Source of the DNA: Lama guanicoe
Lineage: Eukaryota
Length of the DNA stretch: 64,000 bases
NCBI GenBank assembly: GCA_013239625.1
Contig: MU053645.1
Coordinates: 186,001-250,000, forward strand
Direction: 5' to 3'
Part shown: positions 50,813 through 64,000 of the stretch, one piece after another
Numbering within the stretch: position 1 is the stretch's first letter
Layout: each line of letters starts with the position of its first letter
Translations under genes and position numbers: made by a program
Notes under the pieces: model-generated
What the model was told of the DNA's origin: nothing
Database searches by the model: none
What the model saw: only the letters and a program-made list of their open reading frames with translations

Positions 50813-52910
50813 TAATATTATAAGAAAGAATTTAACTATTTGGCACCTCAATTCTATGCCAAATTATTAGACTTTCATTCTCTTTTTCAGACACACAGCC
50901 ATACAAAGATAACTCTATTCCAATATGTGCTATATAAATGCATTACCTCATTGGTTTGAGAATTCTGGGGTTTTCTCTAAGTGTTTAAATATGTGTCTCA
51001 CTTCACTTATTTCCTCTAGTGTTTTGATTAAAGAACACTGGCGGTGCTAAAACTCCCCAAAGGAGAGCCATAGTGTAAATTTCATCTAACATTAAAAGCG
51101 TGTCATTCATGTGAGGACAATTTGATATTAATGACCTTTTAGAGTCATCCTTCCCCTCCCAAAATACATCTGCGGGAAAACTACGATGCCAAACTGGCCT
51201 CTCATGGTAGTAGGAACTCCCCAGGGGAATTTCATTAGTGTGAAATAAAGGCAATTGTTCAGAGGTCAAGCTTTTGATTCAATTACATGGGTATAAATTA
51301 GTAGAAGGTGCAGGTATATTATTGAGGGCAGAATTAACCCCAAGCTTAAAACATCAGGATCATATTTGACTCTCTTCATTCCTTTACTGTGTCTAATCAG
51401 TCACCAGATTCTGTCCTTTAAACATATTGTAAGTGAATTTGTACAATATTAAGTGGTTGTCATTTATTAACATATAAGCATCTCAGTCAACTAACAACCT
51501 CTTCAGGGTCAAGAGTCAGGGTGTAGACTAGGCAAGTTTTCATTAAAGGAAAGAAGTCCACAAAGGAATGAAGCATAGGGTGAGTATAAGAACTATGTGA
51601 AATAGCAATTGTGGAGGTTTCCTATATGGCCTGATTTTAGAAATGCAAGTTAATGTCCCCTTCCCATATCTCCTAATACTGCCTAAATTTTCACCATTAG
51701 AGTCTTATTTAAGATGGTAAATCTCCTTTAAAAACGACATCTCTTGGTGGGTTGGAGACATTAAATTGGGCATAGTTTGAGTTGTTTTAAATAATGTGGT
51801 TTACAATACACTCAGGTAAAGATTGACCTAGGATGTAAGGGAAGGACACTACAAGGAACAGAAGCAGGATTATAAACAAGCATGGCTGATAATATTAAAA
51901 ATAAAACCTACAATGCCAAGGAGAAGGCCAACATAGGGAAAGATACAGTTCAGATTAAGGTAAAGTGGCTGGTGTAGATCCTTGATGAGGAAGGAGAGTT
52001 AAACTGTCAATCCTATCCTGCTTCTCCACCAGGCAATAATTCACCTTTCTATAAAGAATAGAGAAATTAAGAACCACACATATTCAATATTAATTGATAT
52101 TCTGATGTTTGAATAACTACTAGCAATGTTCTGGCCTTGGTTTAAAGGTCTGCACATTAAGTTTGAATTCCTATCCAGAACCCAAGGACTTAAGAAAGTC
52201 CTGATGTGAAATGGTCCAGATCTTCTCTCCTCTGAGAGCCTATACAGCACCCTTTCAGTGAGAAGTTATTCTCCTTCTCTTTTTACTTCCTTGGGAGAGA
52301 CACCTTAAAGACAGAAGGGATTTTGTTATCTGGATCTCAGAGGCAATTATCCTGTAACTGTCACTTTGGAAGGCCATCCCCTCTGAGGTAATAATTATCA
52401 CAACCTGGAGGATTTCTGCAGTTAAACTGATGACAATCATTCCCACCCAAAGTTAATACTCCAGGCAATAAAAGAGGCTGGTGAAAGACAAATGTTTTAG
52501 CAGTATGGCTATTTCAAATTTCTCATGACCAAAGGTACACCACCCCAGTGACTATTTATCCATACATGCTGGCCCTATTTTCTCTTTTGAGTTAAGAATC
52601 TCCTGGTCCTCAGTTGCCTTTTTCAAAAAAGTTGCCATTTATGTACTGTGTGAAAAACTCTGTACTTCCTCTGTGAGTTTGCTCACTATCACTTTTTTTC
52701 TCACATAATTTAATGTTTTAGAATGAAAATGTGAAACAAAGAAAGGTGAATCAAGAAGTACAAATCTGCAAAATGTAGAAAGCTGTTTTTTTAAAAAAGA
52801 CATGATGAGGAACATTCAGAAACAATAGAAAGAATATACTACTTGATGTAGTCATGCATTCTAATCAAATACATGCATTAATACTCATGAAATACAATAT
52901 TGTATATTTA

Positions 52911-52995
52911 AAGAGAGAAAGAGAGGAGGACGGGAGGGAAGAAGAGGAGGAAGAAGAAGAAGACGAAGACAAAGACGAAGAAGAAGAAGAAAAAA
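52911..52995 (+). repeat. Polypurine (GAA/GAG/GAC)n tract
   Basis: Directly visible; produces a poly-E pseudo-ORF. Confidence 0.85.
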
Positions 52996-54212
52996 CTGCT
53001 CATTATAACATAATTTTAGCATGTTTCACAAAGAGAAATAATCATGAGATGATGAGGAATAATACATGTGGAGTAAACAATTTCTCCATCATTAAAAGAA
53101 ATTCATCCAAGATAGGTACTTTGTAGTTTTTCTGACATAAAAGAGAGACAGCAGTGACTTGATTCTCATATCTGTCCCAGCTTTAATGCAAGCCTCTTCT
53201 GTGATATTCCAAGGGACACCAGGAATTCTTAACAGTTATGTTACCGTTGTTTCTGCTCTTTGAGATTACTGCCATTGGCCTTAAAATATAGTACTAAGAT
53301 AGTTCGAGCTTATAAATCTTGGTGGGTAGATATTGTGCAGACAAAGCATGCAGGAACATGGGAACCTACAAGATCTGCTTGGAGAGAGAGAAGCAAAGCA
53401 ATTTCAACTCTTGTGCCCCAACACACACACACACTCCAGGCATTTCTATTACTTCTCATCCAACAATACTAGGAATGTGTTTATCATTTATATCCTTGGA
53501 TTTAGGAATTGAGGACAGCAAATATGCTCTGCTTATAGGGTCATACATTACATGGTTTTCAATCATTTGTACCCAAGTTTACATTCCATTTTTACTTTCC
53601 TACCAGAATGCAGTATCCTGAGAGAACAGGATGCTGACAGGTCATTTAAATCATGGAAAGGAGCGGGAAACAAGAGAAAATGGAGCCTTCTGAGCAATTA
53701 GAGACAATGGAGTGGCTGAAAGGAGCAAGGAAGGTACCAGTGATAAACTGAACTGAATTCAAAGGGGGAAACACAGCTAATTTCTCAACATTGTTGAGGA
53801 TTGACTCAATTTCAATAAACAACTGGAGGATTTTCTCAACTGTCACAGTCTGAAGTAGCAGCAGTGTATAACTGTAAGTGTTCTAGAACCTAAATATTCC
53901 ACCAATCAATATGTACTAGAATGCCTTTAGATTCTGTTTGGTCAGGAATGTCAGGACCAAATATTATGGAGGCTAAATTGAAATAACACTCAACCAGCCT
54001 AAAGTAACATATCTTAAGAGAGAAAAATACAAACTCTTATCATAAACATACATGGCCATTTTGACTAGAGCATTTAATCACAAAAGGCCACAATTTATAG
54101 TTTGGCACATAGTGTGGCACCTGTTTGGCCAGTACAAGCTGACTAGTATAAGCGGAAGATTTGTATAGCATGTTTCCCTTATTCTTAATAAGTATCAAAT
54201 ATTTTTACTCAC

Positions 54213-54267
54213 GAGGAGCCCCTTCAGCCATTTCAATAGCAGTGATTCCCACGGACCACACATCACT
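54213..54267 (-). CDS. NRK: NRK exon ~9 (SDVWSVGITAIEMAEGAP)
   Basis: tttgcag acceptor, C|gtgagt donor, 55 nt. Confidence 0.95.
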
Positions 54268-54584
54268 CTGCAAAGGAAACGATGACCCAAAAAAATGTCA
54301 CTTAAAAATAGGAAACTGATAGTATTTAGAATCTCAAAGCAATCTTTGGCTGAGGGGAGGTGTCAATGCCAGAGCCATTTTATGTGTTTTCTATAAGGAA
54401 GATTCATTATAGACGGATGTTATAGGAAGAGGTTATCTGACCTTGTGACCAGCCAGTGCTGCACTACACAACAAGTCGATGTGGGATGGGATTCAGTGTA
54501 AGGAAAATTCATTTTGGATGTATTGCTATTGTTACATTAACTGAAATACCAAAAGGAATTTGCTGTAAAGAAGTCCTATCACAT

Positions 54585-54860
54585 AGACCTAGTAGCTGTG
54601 CGATCTTAGGTAAGTGATTTAACTCTCTGTACCTCAATTTCACTCTATGTAAAGTAGAGATAATAATGGTATCCATGTTATAGAACTGGTATAAGTATTA
54701 AATAAAATTATATATACATATATGTGTATATATACATATATACACATATACATACATATATATACGTATATATAATTTTATTTAATATTTATACATATAT
54801 ATGTATATATATATACATATGTACTTTCAGTAGTTTCTTGAATATAGTAAATTGAGGACA
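54585..54860 (+). mobile_element. MIR SINE interrupted by a (TA/TACA)n microsatellite at ~54708-54820
   Basis: tagctgtgcgatcttaggtaagtgatttaactctctgtacctcaatttc. Confidence 0.75.
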
Positions 54861-55961
54861 GAATTATTATAATTCTAGTAAATTATATTCTAGGATGCTC
54901 TAGGAAATGACCCTCACTACTATTAACTGTACTCTGTTTTTAGAATATGGAAAGGTCACAGAACTAGAGGTACACTATTTAGCTTAATAACTCAAACAGA
55001 TTAACTGAATTCTTAGAACACCTGTTTATAAATATGTTAGCTTCAAAGTGTTGTTGTGATGGTTTACGTTTAAGCTTTTTTTTCAGTTACATGGGATTAA
55101 AAGTTAAAAATATATAATTAACATGGTTGAAAGTCCTTGGAAGACTGCCCAAAGTGTACAGCTATAATGCATTATTTTTACAGCAAGCCACTTAAAGCAT
55201 ATTATACTTCCACTGTCTCCATAGCTTCTAATAGCATTGAACTATAATAAGCTCTCAACAGATCTGCTTACAGATCAAGCAGAGGGCATTTAAGGGAAAG
55301 GGAAAAGAGATGAAACTTGAATTAATAAACTTCAAGTATTGAGTCCTAGGTTCCACACAACGAAACCACAATGAATTGTTTGGATGACTTATGATGTGGA
55401 GAGTGAGTGTGGTTTTTCCAGTCTATAGCAAATGGAGAGTTTTTTTTCCACATCAGCTTTTTGAAATGTGTACATAGATGTATATTGTCCAAATTGCAGC
55501 TTCAGTGGAAACTTTAATAAATAGCATGAATTGTTACTTAATTTGTCTATTCCACTGATTTTCTGTGGTTTGGAGGTGAACCATGCCAAGGACTTTCTCC
55601 ATTACCCTGGGTAATCAAATTATTATTATTTTTTTCTTTCTGGAGCTAAGTTACTGTGGGACTAATAATTGGCTTTACATTTATTCATTTTTAAGTTTAC
55701 AAAGCACTCTACCCCTGGAAGTTAAATTTCCATATAAAGCCACATAATACAATATTTTTACCAAGAAGTTGCAAGCAGTATGAACTAGACATTCTTCCTC
55801 AAATACAGATAACTCCCAAGGTCTACTTTTTCTACATTCTTAGAAAATATTATTTTATGCATATAATTAAACCACACATAGGAATAGTAGCCAGTATTTC
55901 CTATTGGAGTCTATGTGAAAGAAGGAGCTGCCTGCTTTCTATTCTTTTATTTCATAATTTA

Positions 55962-56171
<210 letters not shown>

Positions 56172-58058
56172 TCAAAATAATTAATCAGTAACAAAAAGCT
56201 CAATAAGTCATTGCTTTAACTTGGAAAGCCAATACAAAAGCCACAATGGATAACAGATTTTCATTCCAGCTCAGCAAACTTTACCATGAAGTCTACTCCA
56301 GGAATACTGGGAAATAGGCTTTTGCTGGTATTTATGTTGGAAAGAGACTCAGCAGTGCTATTATAAATCTACAGTAGGTTTGGCTGAATGTTTACCATGA
56401 ATATTAAAAATAAAGTTCCATCAGTACACTCCGAACCTCTGAAGTGATAACATATGTAGTGTTTGGACCTGCCACCAACCTGAAGGAAGACCAGAACTAT
56501 AAGCAACATCTAAGAAATCTAAAACTTATTGGTACTTTATTAGGAAGCCTCACTCATGACATTTGAAAGCCCTATCAAACTGATAAAAAAATGAGTTTTA
56601 TGCTAAAATTTAGTTTAAGTTCTTGTACAGATCTTCTGAATCAGATGCAAATATTTACTGTGGTATCCATATCTTAGCTTAGACTACAAAAATTCAGTCT
56701 TCTATTCATCTGTGGGATATATTATATGAAAATATTTAGCATGGTATCCTCAGAAACAGAAAGAAAAAAGGCTAAAGTAGACCAGGGTTATTTAGTCCAG
56801 AAAAAATAAGACAGGGATGAAAAATGAAGTAGATTTTCTAATTTAGAATGGTTTCCAGGAATCTAGAGGATGGCTAACAACATTGACTGAAAAGTAGTTT
56901 AAAAATCTAAGGAGTAGAAAAGAAAAATTTAAAAAGTTAAGAGTTTAAGATAGTGTTTAAGGAAAGATCTAACAACAATAGTGATTAAGGAAGAACAACA
57001 ACAATAAAATCTCCATAATATATGAAAATAATCATTGGGTATTTTACAATCTCATTATCTAGATTTTCTCTTTTTGGAGACTAGGTTACATCAGAGCTCA
57101 GCATTCTCACTATATTTGAGGGCCCATTTTAAGGGCCAAGAAATACCTATGAAGGCTGTAAACTGTTATATGACATTCAAAGAAAAAAATAAAAGAAGAA
57201 AAGACTAGAAGAAAGAGTGATAAATGGAAGAAAAGGAAAAAAAGAAAAGCTAAAATTAAAAGTAGACATGAGACCTCAACAGTGGCATCATTTAACCTTT
57301 TCTTTAATGAACTAGGGACCAGAATATGAGGATTACTGATCAATTGCGATTGGAATACAACCATTTTTGGTCTGCTTCCTTTCTGTCACTCCCTTTCCTT
57401 TCTGTCATTCCCTTTGACTGTCATTGGCTTTAACTTCTGCAAACTTCTCCTTATAATATATTGTTTAAAAAAATGAAGCGATCTAAGAAATCTAAAACCA
57501 AATGTATGAGAATTACATGCACAATAAACCTGATTAAATTCTAATCCAGTGCTAAAAGGTCTCTCCTACAGAGTCAAGTACATGATCTTTAGTGCATGGG
57601 CTTTGTGACAGATTTTTCAATGGCTTTTGACTTACAATTTCTCTTCAGTGTTGTAAATGGTAATGTTGACCACCAACTGGACCCAAATATACAGGAGTGC
57701 TGTGACATGTGAACACAGAGTGTAGCCTTGTGATAGTCTATCTATCCTGCACATTTGAATGTGAGATTCAAGTGACCCTCATGTATTTTAACACAGTGTC
57801 TTAAAATAAAATTTTTAGCTTTATAGCTTTTATACACAAAAGACATAATACATTTTCTTGCCGTTACTTTTCACTTATTTCAAGAACAATTATTACCTTA
57901 TGCTTCTTCCACAAATATTCAGTGAAAAGCAACCTCAGTGAATGGACAAAGTCTCTACTTTGGTTGTATTTATTTAGCAGGAAAATGGGAATGATCTTAA
58001 GGTCATGCTAGAGACATGGTAGGCAAGAATTGATGTAATTAAAAAATAATACAAAACT

Positions 58059-58118
58059 ATTATGCTGTACACCAGAAATTGATACAACATTGTAAACTGA
58101 CTATACTTCAATAAAAAA
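58059..58118 (+). mobile_element. 60-nt L1 3'-terminal fragment with degenerate TSD
   Basis: attatgctgtacaccagaaattgatacaacattgtaaactgactatacttcaataaaaaa; flanks aatacaaaacta / aatacagaatta. Confidence 0.8.
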
Positions 58119-58892
58119 TACAGAATTAGATACTAGTGATTTATGTTCTATATCAATGAGGTCATCTGCCATTATATAGTACTGACGTTATTCGTATGGT
58201 ATTATTTAAAAATCAACCAACAATATTTATTTAAAACATTAAAGATGCAACATATTGTTCCTTGTGTGCCTGTGAGACAATAAGTGTAGTTATTTTTCAA
58301 TAACTTATGCCATTCTGTACCCTGAACACTAGAATAGAAAGCCAGGGACTTTCTAGTCTTTTGACTTCTAATTCTGAATTTGATTTGGATATTACTGGAG
58401 CATCATTTCTAACTGGTATCAGTTCTTTAAATATTTGAGGGAAAATTCCAATGAAGCAATTTGTGCTTAAGTAAATTAAAATTTCTTAGGTTATTTGATA
58501 TTCTTTGGAAGCTATGGCTTTGTGATGTGGAAGAATTATCTCTTTGTTTAATCCCTGTCCATGGCGCAGAAACTTGCACACGGTAAATACTAAATTCAAC
58601 TGCTGAAATAAATATAATAGCTAAACCTAACAGAGGGTAAAGCAATGACCAAAATGTAAAGCTCCCATTATAATTTGAAAGTTGTTTTTATCTATATGAT
58701 TTCAGAGAAGCAGTTAGGTGTGTCTTTCTCTTGTCCCACACCTCCCAACCCAAGCAAAATTTCAAATTCTAACTTGTTCGGCAGTCAGGGAAAATACAGC
58801 CTAAATAAATAGAGAAGATTGTTAGTGACATGATAGAAAACACAGTAATCTTAAAGGAGTTTTCTCCATTAAGAAATTTTAGGCCTCACTTA

Positions 58893-59042
<150 letters not shown>

Positions 59043-59589
59043 TCAGTATATATTTTTCTCTTTTTCTGGTACTGTTCTTAGTATTTTTTGAAAAACTTTT
59101 AGTAAGAAAAATGGCCCAGAATTGCATTTTTCAGACAAAATTCTTTCTTTAGGCTAGAATTACTACAACCAGTTCCCAGAAATACTACTTTTGGCTATAA
59201 GGAAAGGAAAATAAATCAGGACACCCATGAAAGAAAAAGAACACCAAAAATTAATATTTGTATACATTGGGCCGTTTACCTTCCTTTGTAGCCTCCATTT
59301 TTCCAACTAACCATAAGAGTAAAGACCTGGACATCTTAAATATCATAGCTCAGTCATTGCTTTACTCTATTCCTCATCCAACCATTTGTTTAGTCCAAAA
59401 TATTTTCTAGTCAACCTTGTAGGCTGAGAATTTGGGGGAATATGGAAATTCATTTTAAAGTATTTGCAATTTGTATTGACTTACCATGCTGTCTCCAGAC
59501 CATTCACCACTAAAACTAACCCGTGACCTGGCTTCCCCTGCCCTGGCTTCAGTGAGATTGCTCCAGATCTAACTGGGGATTAATAATAG

Positions 59590-59830
59590 AAGTAACAGCA
59601 AAAACAGCTAATATTTATTGAGTCATTATTCTTTGCCAAGCACTATGCTAAGTGATTTACATGAAGTAAATTATTGAATCTTCATAGCAACCCTTTGAGG
59701 AATGTGCTAATATCACCCTAAATTACAGATGAGGAAAATGAGATCTTGAGAAATTAAGTAATTGTCTCAAGGACACACAGAAAATACACAATGAACCAGA
59801 ATTTAAACTCAGTCCAGAGTTTGTACTCAA
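59590..59830 (-). mobile_element. MIR SINE
   Basis: aatatttattgag...tgccaagcactatgctaagtg...ttacagatgaggaaaatgag. Confidence 0.85.
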
Positions 59831-60421
59831 TTATTTACATGATTACCATAAGTGAATCCAATTAAGATGGGAGGAAAGATATTCTAGTTTTTTTTATCAG
59901 TGGTGCTGTTCAGTTCTGCTAATATTCTTCTTGGGTGACCTTAAACACTTAAGACACAAAGAAAAATTTGAGTTTGGTAGAGCAAGAAAACTGTCACTTT
60001 CATCCAATTTGGTGTTCAAAATAAAGAATGTTTTGAAAGCAAGACATTATTCAAAGAGGCTATCTTTCTGCGAAACAGTTGCAGATGGTTTGAGGCCATT
60101 CAGCAAAACACTGACTTCTGTCTCAATTTACCTTAATCTCTAATGACAGTGATTATGTCCACAACCCATTGAACACCATAGTCTGACTTTGACAGAGCTA
60201 TTACAGGCCATGATTTGGAAGGACCTGGCTACCCATCTGGTAACCATCTGGTGATCTACCTTAACATTTAAGGACATTATCTGAAAATCTGCTGTCTCTA
60301 AAGCCTTTTGGTCTTTTTCAATATTCTGATCCAGAGGTTATATTTAGAATTCTTAAACCGTTCTATATGAGCAGGTATAAGACACATTGTATATATTACT
60401 CCTGGGTTTTTTTCAAGGTCA

Positions 60422-60676
<255 letters not shown>

Positions 60677-60719
60677 TCAATTGTCTGGTCCAAGACTAGT
60701 GGAATTAGAAAGAATTGGG

Positions 60720-60980
60720 AAAAGTCCAAAGATTTATGGAGGGAGAGAAGGCAGATACCACACCAGGGGTTTTTAACCAGGAGGTGGGATTTGAGATAAG
60801 TCTTGAAGGATAGGTAGTATTTGGATATGCTGAGAAGGAAGAACATTGTTTATTGAAAACGGAATGAGAACATGCCTTTCGAAAGGAAGCTTGTGCAGGG
60901 GACAAGCCTGAGTGATGACTGGAGTAGAACAAAATAGACAGTTGAGGGAACAGTTTACAGTATGGAGGATCTCAAAACAA
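60720..60980 (-). mobile_element. L2 fragment
   Basis: ggaggtgggatttgagataagtcttgaaggataggtag. Confidence 0.55.
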
Positions 60981-62219
60981 GTTACACTTAAACATTAAGA
61001 CTAGATTTGTTTTTTATTGTTATTTTGCTTTTATTTTCAAATTCTAGAATATTTTCCCCCAAGATACTGGCAAACTACAACTCTAAGGGAGAAACTGTCA
61101 ATTACTGTAGGGCATTTTTTTGCCAAATGACTTTACTGCTAAGGAAAGTCTATTTTAAGGCTAATATTCTGACAGTGTCTCATTCAGATTTTACTTTATT
61201 AATAAGTGCAATTTTTCAGAGTATTTATTTTTGCCACTAATGAATCAGGTGCCCAACTAGTAAATTTCCTTCTATATATTAGCTAACTAGAAGACTGAAC
61301 AATGTGAAGGAGAAAGTAACTATTATAATCAACTTGGTAAACTTTTCTTTAAGCACAGGTTTATGCATTAAAGTGCCCATGTCAATACTGTTTTGTCACT
61401 GAACAAGACATGCCTTCTTTTTTTAAACTGTAGGTAAGTTAATTATTGCCATAAATGAAGAGAAGCAAAAGGATAAAAATCCAATCATGAATATTCAAAA
61501 AGCCTACCTTATTTCCCTTTGGAGTACTAAGATCTTCTTTTCTGAAAATGACTTCCTTAGTTTATATTTGTTCACAACTGATATATTACATGTCTTTTAC
61601 CTGAGTGCACTTTCCCCTCAAGAAAAGAAACAAGTCTAACAAAACCAACAATACAGATAAACCACAAAAGTTTCCTAACAAAACCAACAATACAGATAAA
61701 CCATTAAAGGTTAATTTTCGTGTTAACTATAATGGGCATAATATGTACACTGTGGTAATGGAAGAAAAGGAGCTCATTTTGAGCCATGACAAACCTGAAT
61801 TAAAGCCATTCACTAACATGAACATTGAAAAATCTTGCTAGTATTACCTGAGTCAGAAGAGCTCTACTGTGAAAGGAACACAAGGCATTCTCATTTTCCC
61901 AGGTTTGTAAGCACAGTGCCTGGGACATACACTTTATAAATGGTAATTACTCATTTACTTCCTACTTGTTCTGATTTACATGGGCAAGAAAGTGTGAATG
62001 GTCCATGAAATTTCTTACCTCCATAAATAATTTTTGCACACACTGCCTATTCATCTTTCAGATCTCAGTGTAAGGAAAAGTTTCTCCAGGAAGAGTTTCT
62101 CATTCTCCAACTTGATTTAGATTCCTTTGTTATTTGCCCACACAGAAGCATGTTATTTCCTTTCTGGTCATGAATACATCTATTTGTGTGATTATTTGAT
62201 TGACATACATCTTTGCAGA

Positions 62220-62342
62220 TAGACTGTAAGCTTCTATGACCCAGAGACATGTCAATTCAGCTTATTATTGTACCCCCAGCATCTAGCAGAAGACCTGGCA
62301 ACTGCATGGGTTTTGAATGAATATATGTTGAATGACTGAAGG
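62220..62342 (+). mobile_element. L2 3' end
   Basis: agactgtaagcttctatga...tgtacccccagcatctagca...atatgttgaatgactgaa. Confidence 0.7.
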
Positions 62343-62577
62343 AACTGAGCACTAATAAACATATCTAATGAGGAAATTGACATAATGTCAAGAGGAAAAA
62401 TCTTGTAAGTAAAATATATATTAAAAGACAAATGTTGTATGCCGAAAAAAATAACAGTGGCCATTAAAGTTGTGCAGCGATATTTAATAGAATCTGAATT
62501 CAGATTGTTGGAGAATAGAGGATTTAGTTAACTGGACATTTGGCAGAAAATAGGGTAAAACTGAAAATCTCTAAATT

Positions 62578-62768
62578 TGAGGGCTCTCAAAGTGTGGTAT
62601 CCAGACAAGCAGCATCAACATCACCTGTAAACTTGTTAAAAAGTGCAAATTTGTAGATTCACTCCCCAGACCAACTGGATCAATAACTCTGTGTGTGGGG
62701 CCCAGCAATCTGTGTTTTATCAGGATCTCCACAAGATTTTGATGCATGCTAAAGTTTGAGAACTACTG
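62578..62768. mobile_element. MER5A hAT-Charlie MITE
   Basis: ctctcaaagtgtggt...cagcatcaacatcacctg...gggcccagcaatctgtgtttta...tgctaaagtttgagaactactg. Confidence 0.88.
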
Positions 62769-63652
62769 TTTCAATTCAATCCCTTGTTGAAAACCTTTCT
62801 GTAATGTCCACTGCCCTGTTTCCTAAAGTCCACATATAAAATGTAACAGACCCTTTCCTTGACTCTTGAAAATACTGAAAAGTCTCCGTCATTATTTTTA
62901 AAAAATGCTACTCTTGACTTGGATTGGAAATCAAAATGTAAGCAAGTGTACACCAACCCCAGTTTGTGTTCAAAATACTCCTTTTTAAATAAAGGTATCC
63001 TTGACCAAAGCTCATTTTCTTGTGATTTGATTATGTCTCCTACACTGGGAGGCAGCAACAATTCTGGTGACTGTAGTGTGGGTTTCAGTTAGCCTCTAAA
63101 ATTTGTATCTCACTGATTTGCAATTCATGAAACTATAGGCACAAAGACTAATAAAAGGACAAATCAACTAACTATTTAGAAATAAGTTTCTAGGAATTAT
63201 TTTTAAACATAAGTACATATACTTAGCAAACATTTAAAATGCACTCATATGCTCATCCTAAATGATAATTAGAATCGATATTTATCCAGTCATTATTACC
63301 AAGTCCATCAGGTAGTCTCCTTAGCAATACCTTTAATATACAAGCAAATGTAGTAATTACATAAAGTTAAAAGCAGCAAAACTCTATTTAAAAAGAAATA
63401 TATTAGATATTTCCACTGTTGATTTGAGTCTTCTCCCATCCTACCCATAAGTCACTTACCAGGCACTTAAGTTATTTCCCCCTGTTTTATCATTCTCATT
63501 TCCAGGAATCAGAGCATACTATTTTTATTTGAACAATTGAATGCTTAAGTTTTCCTGTAGCTGCACAAAAGTGACACCTCAGTTTATGAAAGTGTATATC
63601 CTCAAGTGAAACTCTGTCTTACAGAATAAGATCAAGGTAACTAAATACACAC

Positions 63653-63778
63653 CCAAAGTTGGTGCCTCTGACCAGGGGGGCTCAGCTTGAAAAATGCACC
63701 ATAGAAGGAAACAATGTTTTTGTGGAAAGAGTACTTCTTTAAAAGGTTGAGTTCAGTCCTGAGATCCTCTTCTTCATC
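63653..63778 (-). CDS. NRK: NRK exon ~5, kinase domain (DEEEDLRTELNLLKKYSFHKNIVSFYGAFFKLSPPGQRHQLW)
   Basis: ctacag acceptor, TGG|gtgtgt donor, 126 nt, phase 0-0; not in the ORF track, translated by hand. Confidence 0.93.
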
Positions 63779-63849
63779 CTGTAGAATAAGAATAGAGAGC
63801 AAAGTTCCTAAGCTATGCCACTCAATGTCTATGGGACATTTCTAATAGA

Positions 63850-64000
63850 AAATCTTTACCCCTATTTTCAATTGGGTTGTCTTTTATTATTTAATCATAA
63901 GATATATTTATATAGTCTATATATAAGTACTTTATAAGGTATATGATTTGCAAATATTTTCTTCCATTCTGTGGGTTGTCACTTCATTTTCTTGATAGTG
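63850..64000 (-). mobile_element. L1 ORF2 fragment running off the window edge
   Basis: atatgatttgcaaatatttttcttccattctgtgggttgtc. Confidence 0.75.

Noticed and set aside
52854..53126. Poly-Glu ORF
   Set aside because: Simple (GAA/GAG) repeat, antisense to an NRK intron.

Overview
AT-rich mammalian genomic DNA. The L1 3' ends look cetartiodactyl, possibly camelid (inference). Nearly the whole window is the NRK (Nik-related kinase; Ste20/GCK-IV MAP4K family) gene on the minus strand. I mapped 25 coding exons from 63778 down to the TAA stop at 10734. They give one continuous 4497-nt frame: kinase domain, Q/P-rich and D-rich linker, then CNH domain. A ~3 kb 3'UTR follows, and the first exons lie beyond the right edge. 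Introns and the left flank carry L1, L2, MIR and hAT/Charlie repeats. The standout is the 144-nt CNH-domain exon at 18716-18859. It has an AA rather than AG acceptor and a GC donor, and it sits in a ~490-nt imperfect fold-back with the upstream intron that places a C opposite the -1 adenosine. This is the expected signature of an ADAR A-to-I editing-dependent splice switch. Exon numbers follow my recollection of the 29-exon human gene and were not checked against a database.
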